Below, piece by piece: positions 29,373-39,403 of a stretch of DNA of 64,000 nt. Position 1 is the stretch's first letter. Each line of letters opens with the position of its first letter. The notes below the pieces were generated by a model that was not told the origin of the DNA, did no database searches, and was given only the letters and a program-made list of their open reading frames with translations. Origin of the DNA: Candidatus Heimdallarchaeota archaeon (GTDB lineage: Archaea; Asgardarchaeota; Heimdallarchaeia; Heimdallarchaeales; Heimdallarchaeaceae); assembly GCA_019057815.1 (NCBI GenBank), contig JAHLWR010000004.1, positions 128,001-192,000 of the forward strand, written 5' to 3'. Position numbers and translations under genes: made by a program.

Positions 29373-29530
29373 TTACTCCTTTAACAACTCAAAAAATGTG
29401 AAGATTAAGAAGTAGGGTAAAAAGCAATAAATTATGTTTATCTAATTTTTCCATCAGTTTTTCTTTGAACATTCATGAGTGTGGACATTTAAACAAAATA
29501 GCTTATAAATAACTTAATCTATCCCTTCGT

Positions 29531-32500
29531 ATGCGTAATGGAATGAAGAAACAGATAGTATTATTTTCTTTTCTCTTAATATTCATGTTCTCAAGCCTTA
29601 CAACAGCTACAAATAAAGCTCTGATAACAGAAAATGATGATATCCCACTATTGCTTACCCCACAAAAAGATATCAATTATGTGAGAAGTAACATCCAAAT
29701 AGATGATCATAATAGGATTCATACAATTTATTATATTAGTTATGAGAATGGTACAAGTGTTATTCTGCATCAAGTAGGTAGCAATCTTACTGAAATATAT
29801 GTTTTGTTTTATGAGTATCTCACAATTGATGAATTAATAGCCATACCTGATGGTATTGCATTAGCTTTTACTTCTCAAGAAGGTTTTAAGAATCAAAATA
29901 TATTCCTTTACACATGGCAAGGAGGTCTGTTTAACACTGAATTAGTTGAAACAGTTTCAATGTATTACGTTGATATTCGCGTGTTTTCAGATGAAGAAGC
30001 GATTCATATCTTACACTCAAATAGAGCAAGATACGGGGAAGATCTCTACATAAACCATTTTCAATATTTTTATGTGAATGGATCCTCAAGTTCAGAGATT
30101 TATGATACTTCTTTCCAAACGTCTTATCTGCGAGATTTCTATTGGAACAATAGCAGTTTATATCTCTTTTTTCAATATTGGCAGTGGTTTGATAACGGGA
30201 CAGATAAAAGTTACTTAATTTTAAATAGAGTAAGTAAAAATAGTTATGAAAATATCACAAATATTGTTTCTAGCAACTATTGGTATCAGGATTGGTTAAC
30301 CTTCTCTGGAGATGGAATGTTTGAACTTGTTATATTCTACGATGGAGATCTCTATAGCAAGAGATATACTACAGATGGAGAAACTACTGAAACACTTGAT
30401 TTAGGAACCTTTACACTTATACCTCTTGACATATATTATTTAGATTATCTTTATGTTATTAGTTACGAGAGTGTTTCATATTATGTTTACAAACAAAGTT
30501 ATTATTATTTTGAAGAATTGACATCTATAGATTCAGAGTATAGTCAGAAAGCTGTTGTAACAGCTATAACACTGGAAAATGGTACAGTCATAAAAGAATC
30601 AATTGAAATAGGCAGTTCAACGGATGATTATAGATACTTTTCATATTATCCTTACTATTTTGAAAATGGTTCGTATATACTTTCTTATACTACAAGAGCT
30701 GATTCTAATAATCTTGAAAATTTGATATTAAACGAAGATGAGATTATCTCATTCAGTCTCTATTCAAATTGTGTTATTAGTCCATTAGAAACACCTATTC
30801 TCTACGGTCTAAAAAGTTTAACACCTTTCCAATATTTCATTAAAAAGTACTGGGCTGCATTTGTTGTCCCCCTAGCTGTTTTAGCTATATTGTATGGAAT
30901 ATTCTACAAGAAGGTTAACAAATCATTAAGAAAATTAAAGAATTATCTGATTCGCCCTATTAAAGCTGACAAAAACAAAATACAACTGATTTTAATAAAT
31001 CTCAGTTTGTTCTTTATAAACTCATCTCAGATTATCTTTATATTGTGGAAAGCAAATAAAAAGAGATTAATAATTAGTATATTAGGATTAACAATTTTAG
31101 CAACAATAATCATTTCGAGTACAACACTTTACGATTCTAAACGCTCTGGCATGATTCTACAATTCGTCGATGGTTTGGATTTACAAAACAATGGTGACCC
31201 ATCTATAGAATACAACATCTTTTTTGATTCTTCAGGAGTTGAAGGTCCAGTATTAAATGAAAACTTGAGTAGATATGCAGTTAACGAAATCATGTATAGA
31301 ATTAACTCTAACACAACATACTTATCAAAAATAATCTCCAGCTATTTTCATTCACTATCAGCAGATGTTGTACTCTCAAACATTATAGAAGATGGTATTG
31401 CTTACTATAGCACATACATGGGTTTACAATCAAATTATAGTTACTTAATGTCTTCTCTACTTGATGAAGGTAGGCTTCCAAACAGAAAAAATGAAATCAT
31501 TGCAACTCAATACACTCTAGATATTTTCAACATTGGAATTGATGATTATGTGAAAATCAATGGTTCAATAGATTCATCTCTCAATACATCTGAGCATGTT
31601 GTACTCAAAGTAGTTGGAGTTTATACAACTCCAAGCTATACAAAATTAATGACTTTGTGTCAAGAATTGAATGTTTCATATGATATTATAAACAATCTTA
31701 TCTGGAAATTGAATTCACCAATTATCACTTTCGATGATTATTTTTATGATAACTTAGAGAATTTAACCAATTATAGATTTTATCTCAATGGGTTTATGCA
31801 ATTTGTTTATGATTTTTCGGATCAAACAGGCGATTTTATAGAAAATGTTGTTGACGAATGCAAGCAGCTTTCAAAGAGTAGTCCATACCACTTAACATTT
31901 GCTTCTAATTCGCAATGGTCTTTTGGTACAGAGTTGAATTATGTGTTTAACTATCTTGATGATATTATGATGCAGACGCAGTTTATGATGGTACTTATAG
32001 CTATACCTATTATCTATCTTGCTTGGTTTTTGCTTTTTGAAGTAAATGAGCTTTTTGGATCTAGTTTTAAGCAAGAAATACGAATTCTTCGTTCAAAAGG
32101 ATCTTCAACAGGGAATATAGCTTTTATTTACACAACTATGAAAATTGTCGAATCCATCATAGCCATCTTTGCAAGCTTCGGAATTATGGTTTTGATATTA
32201 CCTGTAATTCTTAAAATAGACAAGGTTCTAAGTTTTAATGCTAAATTTTCTAGTATGAATTTTCAAACATTACCAGCTTCTATGGGAATTTCTTTCACAT
32301 TCTTAATTTTGTTATCAATACCAAAAGTAATACAACTCTCAAAACAGAAGAAAACAATAGTCAAACCACCTAGAAAGTTTATACAAGTTGCTAAAAACTT
32401 CAAGTTACACCATCTATTCTTAATTATCATTGGAGCAGGATTATTCTTTGGGTCCTTTTATCTAATCCAATATCTTGTCTTCATGATACCTGATCAAGAA

Positions 32501-33859
32501 CAAGCTATGGCAACATTTATGATTTTTGTCTACTTGATGGGAATAGGTGTGATGATAGCTTTACTTGGCTTAGGTTTAATTCTAAAGGAGATTCATAAAG
32601 TTATTGTGTTATATTCTAGCAAGATAGCTTGGAAAACTAAAAAATCAGTCTTCTCTTTCTCATTAGTTGATGTAAGATCTGATATTAATCTCTTCAATAA
32701 TACATTCTTAACTTATATAATACTCATCTGGATTTTGGTTCCTTCAATCGTTATACCTCTAACTATCCAAAACAGAGTCTTAACTGATGCACGTTTTTAC
32801 AGCGGGAGTGACATTCATATAAGAGGTTGGGAAAACATTAATTCATCAATAATTAACAATATTACATCATATTCTGAGGTAGAGAGTGTAACAAATATAT
32901 CGGTATACAACTGTTTATATGGCAATCGAGAACTAAATATTTTAGTAATTAATGACACAAGTGATTTTCTTGAAACTGTGTTTAAACCGTCAAAAGAACA
33001 TTTCACGGAGTGGGAAGAAAGTGTCCAACAAATAGAACAAAATAAAACAATGATGGTCTCTGATGCATTCAGCGAGGTTATAGCTCGTGGAAGTCAAGAA
33101 TACACTTTTGTTTACACTGTAAATTATACACTAATCAGTTTAAAATACAATATATCAAAAATCTTTGATTATTTCCCTATCTTCTACGATTTAGGTGAAT
33201 ATAGCAGAGAAATAAGTTATAGGGGTGGAATATACGCTCTTGTTATGACACAAGATAACTTTATTCAAATATATGATTCGCTTACTTCACCATCTAAATA
33301 TATTGATAGATTGTTAATAAACATTGGACAAAATGTTGATCAAACAGAATTCGCGAACACAATTCAAAAAGAATTAGGAATAGGCGTTATAACTGTAGAT
33401 GAAATGGAAGAAACGCTACTTGAATATCAGTTTCCATTTTATACAGTTCTTGTAGCTGAATTTATTTTTGCTATTATAGTTTGCATAGCAGCAATTGCTT
33501 TCACGAGTTTTAGCAATCCTCTAAAAATTCTACAAAATCGAATCACTAAACATGATGTACTAAAAAAGATAGGTGTACCAACACTATATATCATAGGCGT
33601 CGCTGCTTTAGAAATACTCTTAGCTTGTATAATTCCGGGATTGGTTTTAGGAGGAGCTGCGGGTTATGGATTTGTCAAGTTATTAGATTTATTGCTTATT
33701 AGAGCTTTTACCCCTCGAGTTGGACTTTCATACATTATGCAATATCCGCCTATAGCCATGATTTTGATATTTGTAGGAATACCTCTACTATTCTACATAT
33801 TATTTTACATATCAATGAAAGTGAACTTCATCAAGTATAGACCTAGAAATCTGGAGTGA
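29531..33859 (+). CDS. Giant FtsX/MacB-like ABC permease
   Basis: Signal peptide, EGRLP..NEI, KVVGVY, EIRILRSKGSS, GSDI and a repeated 4-TM module. Confidence 0.8.
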   Translation: MRNGMKKQIVLFSFLLIFMFSSLTTATNKALITENDDIPLLLTPQKDINYVRSNIQIDDHNRIHTIYYISYENGTSVILHQVGSNLTEIYVLFYEYLTIDELIAIPDGIALAFTSQEGFKNQNIFLYTWQGGLFNTELVETVSMYYVDIRVFSDEEAIHILHSNRARYGEDLYINHFQYFYVNGSSSSEIYDTSFQTSYLRDFYWNNSSLYLFFQYWQWFDNGTDKSYLILNRVSKNSYENITNIVSSNYWYQDWLTFSGDGMFELVIFYDGDLYSKRYTTDGETTETLDLGTFTLIPLDIYYLDYLYVISYESVSYYVYKQSYYYFEELTSIDSEYSQKAVVTAITLENGTVIKESIEIGSSTDDYRYFSYYPYYFENGSYILSYTTRADSNNLENLILNEDEIISFSLYSNCVISPLETPILYGLKSLTPFQYFIKKYWAAFVVPLAVLAILYGIFYKKVNKSLRKLKNYLIRPIKADKNKIQLILINLSLFFINSSQIIFILWKANKKRLIISILGLTILATIIISSTTLYDSKRSGMILQFVDGLDLQNNGDPSIEYNIFFDSSGVEGPVLNENLSRYAVNEIMYRINSNTTYLSKIISSYFHSLSADVVLSNIIEDGIAYYSTYMGLQSNYSYLMSSLLDEGRLPNRKNEIIATQYTLDIFNIGIDDYVKINGSIDSSLNTSEHVVLKVVGVYTTPSYTKLMTLCQELNVSYDIINNLIWKLNSPIITFDDYFYDNLENLTNYRFYLNGFMQFVYDFSDQTGDFIENVVDECKQLSKSSPYHLTFASNSQWSFGTELNYVFNYLDDIMMQTQFMMVLIAIPIIYLAWFLLFEVNELFGSSFKQEIRILRSKGSSTGNIAFIYTTMKIVESIIAIFASFGIMVLILPVILKIDKVLSFNAKFSSMNFQTLPASMGISFTFLILLSIPKVIQLSKQKKTIVKPPRKFIQVAKNFKLHHLFLIIIGAGLFFGSFYLIQYLVFMIPDQEQAMATFMIFVYLMGIGVMIALLGLGLILKEIHKVIVLYSSKIAWKTKKSVFSFSLVDVRSDINLFNNTFLTYIILIWILVPSIVIPLTIQNRVLTDARFYSGSDIHIRGWENINSSIINNITSYSEVESVTNISVYNCLYGNRELNILVINDTSDFLETVFKPSKEHFTEWEESVQQIEQNKTMMVSDAFSEVIARGSQEYTFVYTVNYTLISLKYNISKIFDYFPIFYDLGEYSREISYRGGIYALVMTQDNFIQIYDSLTSPSKYIDRLLINIGQNVDQTEFANTIQKELGIGVITVDEMEETLLEYQFPFYTVLVAEFIFAIIVCIAAIAFTSFSNPLKILQNRITKHDVLKKIGVPTLYIIGVAALEILLACIIPGLVLGGAAGYGFVKLLDLLLIRAFTPRVGLSYIMQYPPIAMILIFVGIPLLFYILFYISMKVNFIKYRPRNLE

Positions 33860-35598
33860 TAAAAATGATTACATGTAAAGATCTAATAAAAATTTTTCAT
33901 GATCCTGTTACTGACTATAAAGTTCCAGCCTTAAGAGGGCTGGATTTACATATCAAAGAAGGAGAACTAGTCTCTATCATTGGTCCTTCAGGTGCTGGAA
34001 AAACAACATTAGTCAACATCCTATCTGGGTTAGACTTACCCACAAGTGGGTCAATTGAAGTAATGGGTAGCAGAATAGACCATCTAACAGAAGCTGAAAG
34101 AAGAGAATTCAGATTATATAATTTAGGGATGATAAACCAATTCATCAGCGAGAATCTGTTTTCTAATTTAACTGTTAAACAAAATTTAGCTATTCCGAAA
34201 AAAATGCAATATCTTCCAACAGAGCATACAAAGAAGGAAGTTAGTGAGCTTTTAGAGATGCTAAATCTTAATCATGTGAAAGATAATATCGTAGCTAAAT
34301 TGTCAGGTGGTGAAGCAATGAGATTAAGTCTGGGAACAGCTTTATCAAAAAACCCCAAGATTCTATTATTAGACGAACCTACGGGTCAGTTAGACACAAA
34401 ACACACCCAAGAAATGATTGAAACAATCAAACAAGTAAATATTGCTATGGGAAAAACTGTAATTGTAGTCACCCATGATATTAGGTTCAGAAATGTCTTC
34501 GAGAAAAGTTTCATTATAAGAGATGGCAGATTAGTAGGTATTAGTCGCGATACTGATCGAAGTGAGTTAGATTTTCTTATGCATTCATCAGCAATAAACA
34601 GAGCTTACATTGATGCATCTAATTTTGTCAGAATCCCTGATTCTGTAAAAACTTCTACTGCTTTGAGTGATACTGTAGAATTTGACACTCATCCTAGTAA
34701 GAAACTAGGTATTTTCTGGAATCCCGACATTCTAGCTAGAGACCAAGTTTTCGAATTAATAAATAATCCAATAAAAGGTAAAGAAGAAGATATTGATGCA
34801 ATTAGCTATGAAGATGTAGAACCATTGTTGAGTAGATCATTTATTGCACCTGAAAAACAGCATCCAATTGTAGAGATAAGTAATTTGATGAAAGGATATG
34901 ATTCCCCATCAGGTTTCAATGAGATACTTTCAGATTTGTCTCTTAGTATAAATCAAGGAGATTTCGTCTTTATTTCTGGACCTTCTGGAGTAGGAAAAAC
35001 AACTCTTCTTAACCTAATTTCTGGTCTAGATAAACCAAATGAAGGTGAAGTCAAAGTAATGGATTTCAATATTGTTGCTGAAAAAGAGAGAGATGTTTCC
35101 CTCTTTAGGTTACAAAACATTGCTTTCATCACTCAACATAATAATCTTTTCGAACCCTTGCAAGTAAAAGATAATTTGGATATTCCCTATTTATTCCATA
35201 GAGGAAAGATTGACCAAGAATACTGTAAATCGATACTAAAAGAATGTCATATAGAACACAAATTAGAGTCTTACCCATTAGAATTGTCAGCAGGAGAAAA
35301 GCAAAGAGCAGCGTTAGCAACAGCTTTAACTCGCAAAACTAACATAATCCTAGCAGATGAACCCAGTGCAAATTTAGACAGCGAATTAGCAAGAACTATC
35401 ATGGATTTGTTAATGGACATAGCTAGAATAAATAACGTAACTATCATAATGTGTTCACATGATTTGACTTTGCTTCGTCCTGGTTTTCGACATATACAGT
35501 TGGATAATAGAGAAATAGCTAGTGATGAGCGAGTAACAAAAGATATGCTAAGAAAAATTGTAACGGATTATCTTCAAATTAAGAATAAGACTAAGTAA
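33856..35598 (+). CDS. Tandem-NBD ABC ATPase (LolD/MacB-like) with central AbrB-like domain
   Basis: GPSGAGKT/LSGGE/DEPTGQLD and GPSGVGKT/LSAGE/DEPSANLD; linker YIDASNFVRIP. Confidence 0.88.
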   Translation: MIKMITCKDLIKIFHDPVTDYKVPALRGLDLHIKEGELVSIIGPSGAGKTTLVNILSGLDLPTSGSIEVMGSRIDHLTEAERREFRLYNLGMINQFISENLFSNLTVKQNLAIPKKMQYLPTEHTKKEVSELLEMLNLNHVKDNIVAKLSGGEAMRLSLGTALSKNPKILLLDEPTGQLDTKHTQEMIETIKQVNIAMGKTVIVVTHDIRFRNVFEKSFIIRDGRLVGISRDTDRSELDFLMHSSAINRAYIDASNFVRIPDSVKTSTALSDTVEFDTHPSKKLGIFWNPDILARDQVFELINNPIKGKEEDIDAISYEDVEPLLSRSFIAPEKQHPIVEISNLMKGYDSPSGFNEILSDLSLSINQGDFVFISGPSGVGKTTLLNLISGLDKPNEGEVKVMDFNIVAEKERDVSLFRLQNIAFITQHNNLFEPLQVKDNLDIPYLFHRGKIDQEYCKSILKECHIEHKLESYPLELSAGEKQRAALATALTRKTNIILADEPSANLDSELARTIMDLLMDIARINNVTIIMCSHDLTLLRPGFRHIQLDNREIASDERVTKDMLRKIVTDYLQIKNKTK

Positions 35599-35733
35599 GA
35601 AAATACAAACTAGAAAAAGAAAATAAAAACCTTTTCTATTTATTAATAACTGCATAATTTTTATATATCTGGCTGAACATCTATAGAATTAGTTGTTATC
35701 ATAATAAAAATGTGATACAGCGAGGTAATTAAT

Positions 35734-36564
35734 ATGAAAAAGAAAGCATTATTAATTTTATCTATTTTGGTTCTTTCAGTTACTGCTTTTACATTTAGCA
35801 CAGTAAATGCGCAATTAGCAGATGGTTTTTACTACTCAGGTGAACTAGTAGCTGGAAAGGAATTAGAATGGGAATTGAAAGAACTTATAGCTGAAGGTTC
35901 TACTGAACCTGAAATTCATATATTTTATGGATATCCAATGGCTAAAGGGGATGTTTTTAAGATTAAACTACTTGAAGACCTTAATAGCTTAACTCTAGCT
36001 AATTATGGAGCACTCTTTACAACAACAACACCATGGGCAAACTTCTACATAAATGATGTGCTGATAACTAACAATGCCAGTGAAATCTCATTCATAGGAG
36101 AAGATATGGCAAATATTACGGATTCTCCACTTGCAGCATTACCACTAATTATACCTACTACACTAGTTGTTGGTGGTGAAAATCAGAGTTTCTTTGATGA
36201 TTTGCTTACAGATGCTGCATATACTGACACTACTATGGAAGTTGAAGGTTTTACAGTAGCATTGTCTATTTACACGAAAGGATCTCTTTTCATCACAGAG
36301 ATGTCAATGAAAGGTGATTTAGATTTCTTTGGTATGGAAATGACGGTGGACATGACATTCGAACTTTCCTTCAACATGGATTTAGGAATTCTCCATAAAA
36401 TATACGTAGATAGTTATACCAAGATGGGAACTGAAGAAGTATCGTCCACAGTGTTATTCCAAAGTACAGAAAATGTTGGTGTAGGAATTCCATTCCACTG
36501 GGTTTATGGTCTTATGGGTCTTTTCATCTTAGGACTAGCTTATACAACCTTCAAAAGAAAATAA
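35734..36564 (+). CDS. Secreted acidic surface protein with C-terminal TM-basic anchor
   Basis: Signal peptide VNA-Q; IPF-TM-KRK tail; GAGGT SD. Confidence 0.7.
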   Translation: MKKKALLILSILVLSVTAFTFSTVNAQLADGFYYSGELVAGKELEWELKELIAEGSTEPEIHIFYGYPMAKGDVFKIKLLEDLNSLTLANYGALFTTTTPWANFYINDVLITNNASEISFIGEDMANITDSPLAALPLIIPTTLVVGGENQSFFDDLLTDAAYTDTTMEVEGFTVALSIYTKGSLFITEMSMKGDLDFFGMEMTVDMTFELSFNMDLGILHKIYVDSYTKMGTEEVSSTVLFQSTENVGVGIPFHWVYGLMGLFILGLAYTTFKRK

Positions 36565-36661
36565 AAACCTATTCAACTTTTTTTTTCTTTTTTCTTTAAT
36601 TTTTAAATATTATTATATTTTTATGAGTAACATTTTTTTGTGATAGTAATATCTTATCTCT

Positions 36662-36925
36662 ATGCAGAAAAAAATAAAGATTATGAGTTTGTTCTTACTA
36701 TTGCTATTCTGCAACTTATCTCTGGTTAAATCCACAACCATACCCAGTAGCTATTCGACAATTGAAAAAGATTATCTGAGTATGCAAGTAGTGGATACAG
36801 AATCTCCTGCGACTATGAAAAGAAAATACAGTGTCTGTAGATATTGCGGAGAAATACTTCATCGCGAGAAATATGATATTGCTAAAGAAAAAACACGTCC
36901 AAAGCAGATGGAGATGGAGAATTAG
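36662..36925 (+). CDS. Short signal-peptide ORF, possibly truncated or chimeric
   Basis: Signal peptide followed by an isolated CRYCG. Confidence 0.4.
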   Translation: MQKKIKIMSLFLLLLFCNLSLVKSTTIPSSYSTIEKDYLSMQVVDTESPATMKRKYSVCRYCGEILHREKYDIAKEKTRPKQMEMEN

Positions 36926-36939
36926 TTTTATTTCTTCAT

Positions 36940-38256
36940 CTATTCTTCTATTTTTTTAATAAAAGTTGTAATTTCTTTTCTGCAAGAAGCTGGAAAGATA
37001 AGCAAATTATTGTACTTGGGTTTGGAAAGACTTGAAACAACATCTGAAACCTCAGACAACTGCTTTAATTGTCCATCTTTCATTTTAATTGTGATAGCAT
37101 CTTTATTTGCTTCGTCATAGGGTGTATAGTACCTGGAAACAAATCTATCAATATCCCAAAAAGTTTCAGGATAACCATATTTTGTTATGATAGCATTAAC
37201 TTGAGATCTTTCATTGTCGATGATAGAAGCCATATTCTCTGTTAGTGGAATACTCTTGAAAAGAGATCTTCGCAGAAAATCTTTTGCTAGATGCTTGATA
37301 TGATCTCCGTTCGTTTCTTTATCAGCAGAAAGTTGGAGTTGAGTGTAAAAAACATCATCTGTAAGAGGGATAAGAGTCTTCCAACTTGGTTCATCTGCAA
37401 AATCTTGAATGAAGGGAAGAATAGTAAGATTTTTTCCTAGTTCAATATTTTCCAATAACTGAGAGATGTAAAGCTTAAGCATGAATTCCCAGCATCGAAC
37501 AGTCTTATGGAAATAAACCCTTGTAAATTGCATATAACGTGCAATAATGACTTGCTCTGTTGACTGAATACCTTTTTCTTTAATAATAAGCATACCTTCG
37601 GGAGAAATATCCATCATAGCAAAAAGTCTTTCGAGATTATACAATCCAAAAGATACACCAGTAGCTACAGAATCTCTCAATAAGTAGTCCAAAGAGTCAG
37701 CATCTAACTGTGAAGCGATTATTTGGTTTAAGAATGGTTTATCAACCCCACTCCTACCAATAATAAGATCAGAAATTCTTTTTTTATCATATCCCTCATA
37801 ATGTAAAATCCGACTAATCTCTGACTCCTCTGATAAAACAAATTGTTCAGTGATATTTTCATGTCTTCTAAAAGCAGAATATTTGTCTTCACAACTTTGA
37901 AGTTCAGATTTACTACAAAGCATTTTAATAGCGTCTTCAAACATATGAGAAAACGGTCCATGACCAATGTCATGAATAAGTGCAGATATGAGGATACGTT
38001 CTTCAACGTCTTTTGAGACCAGCTCTGGTCGTTTCTTTTTCAGACTTGTAACAATTCTATTAGCAATATGAAAAGCTCCTAGACTGTGGATAAATCTGCT
38101 GTGAGTAGCTGAAGGGTAAGATATATGAACTCCCCCTAATTGTCCTAACCTTCTAAGTCTTTGGAAAGGAGCAGTATCAATAAGATCAACATATATTTTC
38201 TTAGGAATCTCTATGTATTTATGAATCGAGTCTGCAATCGACTTGTAGACAGGCAT
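36940..38256 (-). CDS. HD-domain phosphohydrolase (SAMHD1/dNTPase-like)
   Basis: FQRLRRLGQLG, HSRFIHSLG, HDIGHGPFSH, DxDxLDYLLRD, VYFHK. Confidence 0.9.
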   Translation of the reverse strand: MPVYKSIADSIHKYIEIPKKIYVDLIDTAPFQRLRRLGQLGGVHISYPSATHSRFIHSLGAFHIANRIVTSLKKKRPELVSKDVEERILISALIHDIGHGPFSHMFEDAIKMLCSKSELQSCEDKYSAFRRHENITEQFVLSEESEISRILHYEGYDKKRISDLIIGRSGVDKPFLNQIIASQLDADSLDYLLRDSVATGVSFGLYNLERLFAMMDISPEGMLIIKEKGIQSTEQVIIARYMQFTRVYFHKTVRCWEFMLKLYISQLLENIELGKNLTILPFIQDFADEPSWKTLIPLTDDVFYTQLQLSADKETNGDHIKHLAKDFLRRSLFKSIPLTENMASIIDNERSQVNAIITKYGYPETFWDIDRFVSRYYTPYDEANKDAITIKMKDGQLKQLSEVSDVVSSLSKPKYNNLLIFPASCRKEITTFIKKIEE

Positions 38257-38305
38257 AATCCTACATATAATAAGTCAATCATAATCTTTTTGACTCTTTT
38301 ACTCA

Positions 38306-38911
38306 TTATTCAGAAGATGATTCAGCTGTTAATGGATAAAGAGTTGAAAATTTGGTTCTTTTAACATCTTTTACTTCCTTCTTGCAGATAGGACACATTC
38401 CTTTAAGTTTAATCCAAGTCATGTAGTGATTATAATGGAAAATATTTCCACAATCCAAACAAACTGTGATTACATCTTTCCTTTCTATTGAGATTCCACA
38501 AATGTAGCATTTAGTAAGCTCTTTTCCACATTGGGAACACTCATTTGTGCCATGAGGATTTTGGTGAGTATAGTAAGGGTACTTAGGAAGCCATCTAATA
38601 ACCTTTTTAGGTAATCTGGAGGTTTTATAAACATATAATCTCGCGCTTGAGACTTTATCCCCGATTTGTTCTCTATAATCGATTAGAGGTTTGATTAAAG
38701 CAATACAGCAAACAAGAGCTGATAGAGCTATTCGTATTTCGATGTCCAGGTCTTGTGTTAAAAAGAACAGTGCGATTCCCACATAAAAAAGGAGAAGGTA
38801 ATTTTTGACAACTATAAATTTCAGAACATCCCATATAGTTTCAGCAATCCTTATTGTTATGTTTTTCAACCAATTAATTTTGAAAAAACTATATTGAAGA
38901 CAGAAACCCAT
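38306..38911 (-). CDS. Membrane-anchored RING-finger protein (putative E3 ubiquitin ligase); start uncertain
   Basis: Two TMs, CSQCG, then CYIC...CLDCGNIFHYNHYMTW...CPIC. Confidence 0.75.
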   Translation of the reverse strand: MGFCLQYSFFKINWLKNITIRIAETIWDVLKFIVVKNYLLLFYVGIALFFLTQDLDIEIRIALSALVCCIALIKPLIDYREQIGDKVSSARLYVYKTSRLPKKVIRWLPKYPYYTHQNPHGTNECSQCGKELTKCYICGISIERKDVITVCLDCGNIFHYNHYMTWIKLKGMCPICKKEVKDVKRTKFSTLYPLTAESSSE

Positions 38912-39346
38912 GTTAAAGAGTTATATCCTAAAAAGAAAATCGAAATTAAGAGATTAAATTTTAATCAAAATTTTATGTTAAAGGCTGATCTACTATTCGA
39001 ACAACTGATGATAAATCTTTTAACAAATGCTGTAAAGAGCGATGCTCGTGAAATCGTACGAATAGAAATTCAACTAGAGGAATGTGCAGAAGGAGAATGC
39101 ATCATCTCTATTTCCGATTATGGTTGTGGAATACCAGAAGAAGAGCGAGAAAGCATATTTGCTAGATACTCAGAATTCAGAAAAAGAGGGAAGGGATCAG
39201 GATTAGGATTGTTCATTGTGAAAAATATAATAGACAGATATAACGGCAAAATCTGGGTAGAAAACAGGGTAAAAGAAGATTTCACTCAAGGTACTGTTTT
39301 CAAAATAAAATTAAATGAATGGAAAAAAAAAGAACAGAAAAAATGA
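38867..39346 (+). pseudogene. N-terminally truncated histidine kinase (HATPase_c only)
   Basis: N box NLLTNAVK, G1 DYGCGI, F box, G2 GSGLGL; no H-box; in-frame stop at 38759-38761. Confidence 0.75.
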
Positions 39347-39403
39347 ATATCTGAACAAAATTGCTTAAATTATTAACCAAATATTCTTATTTTACTATTC
39401 ATG

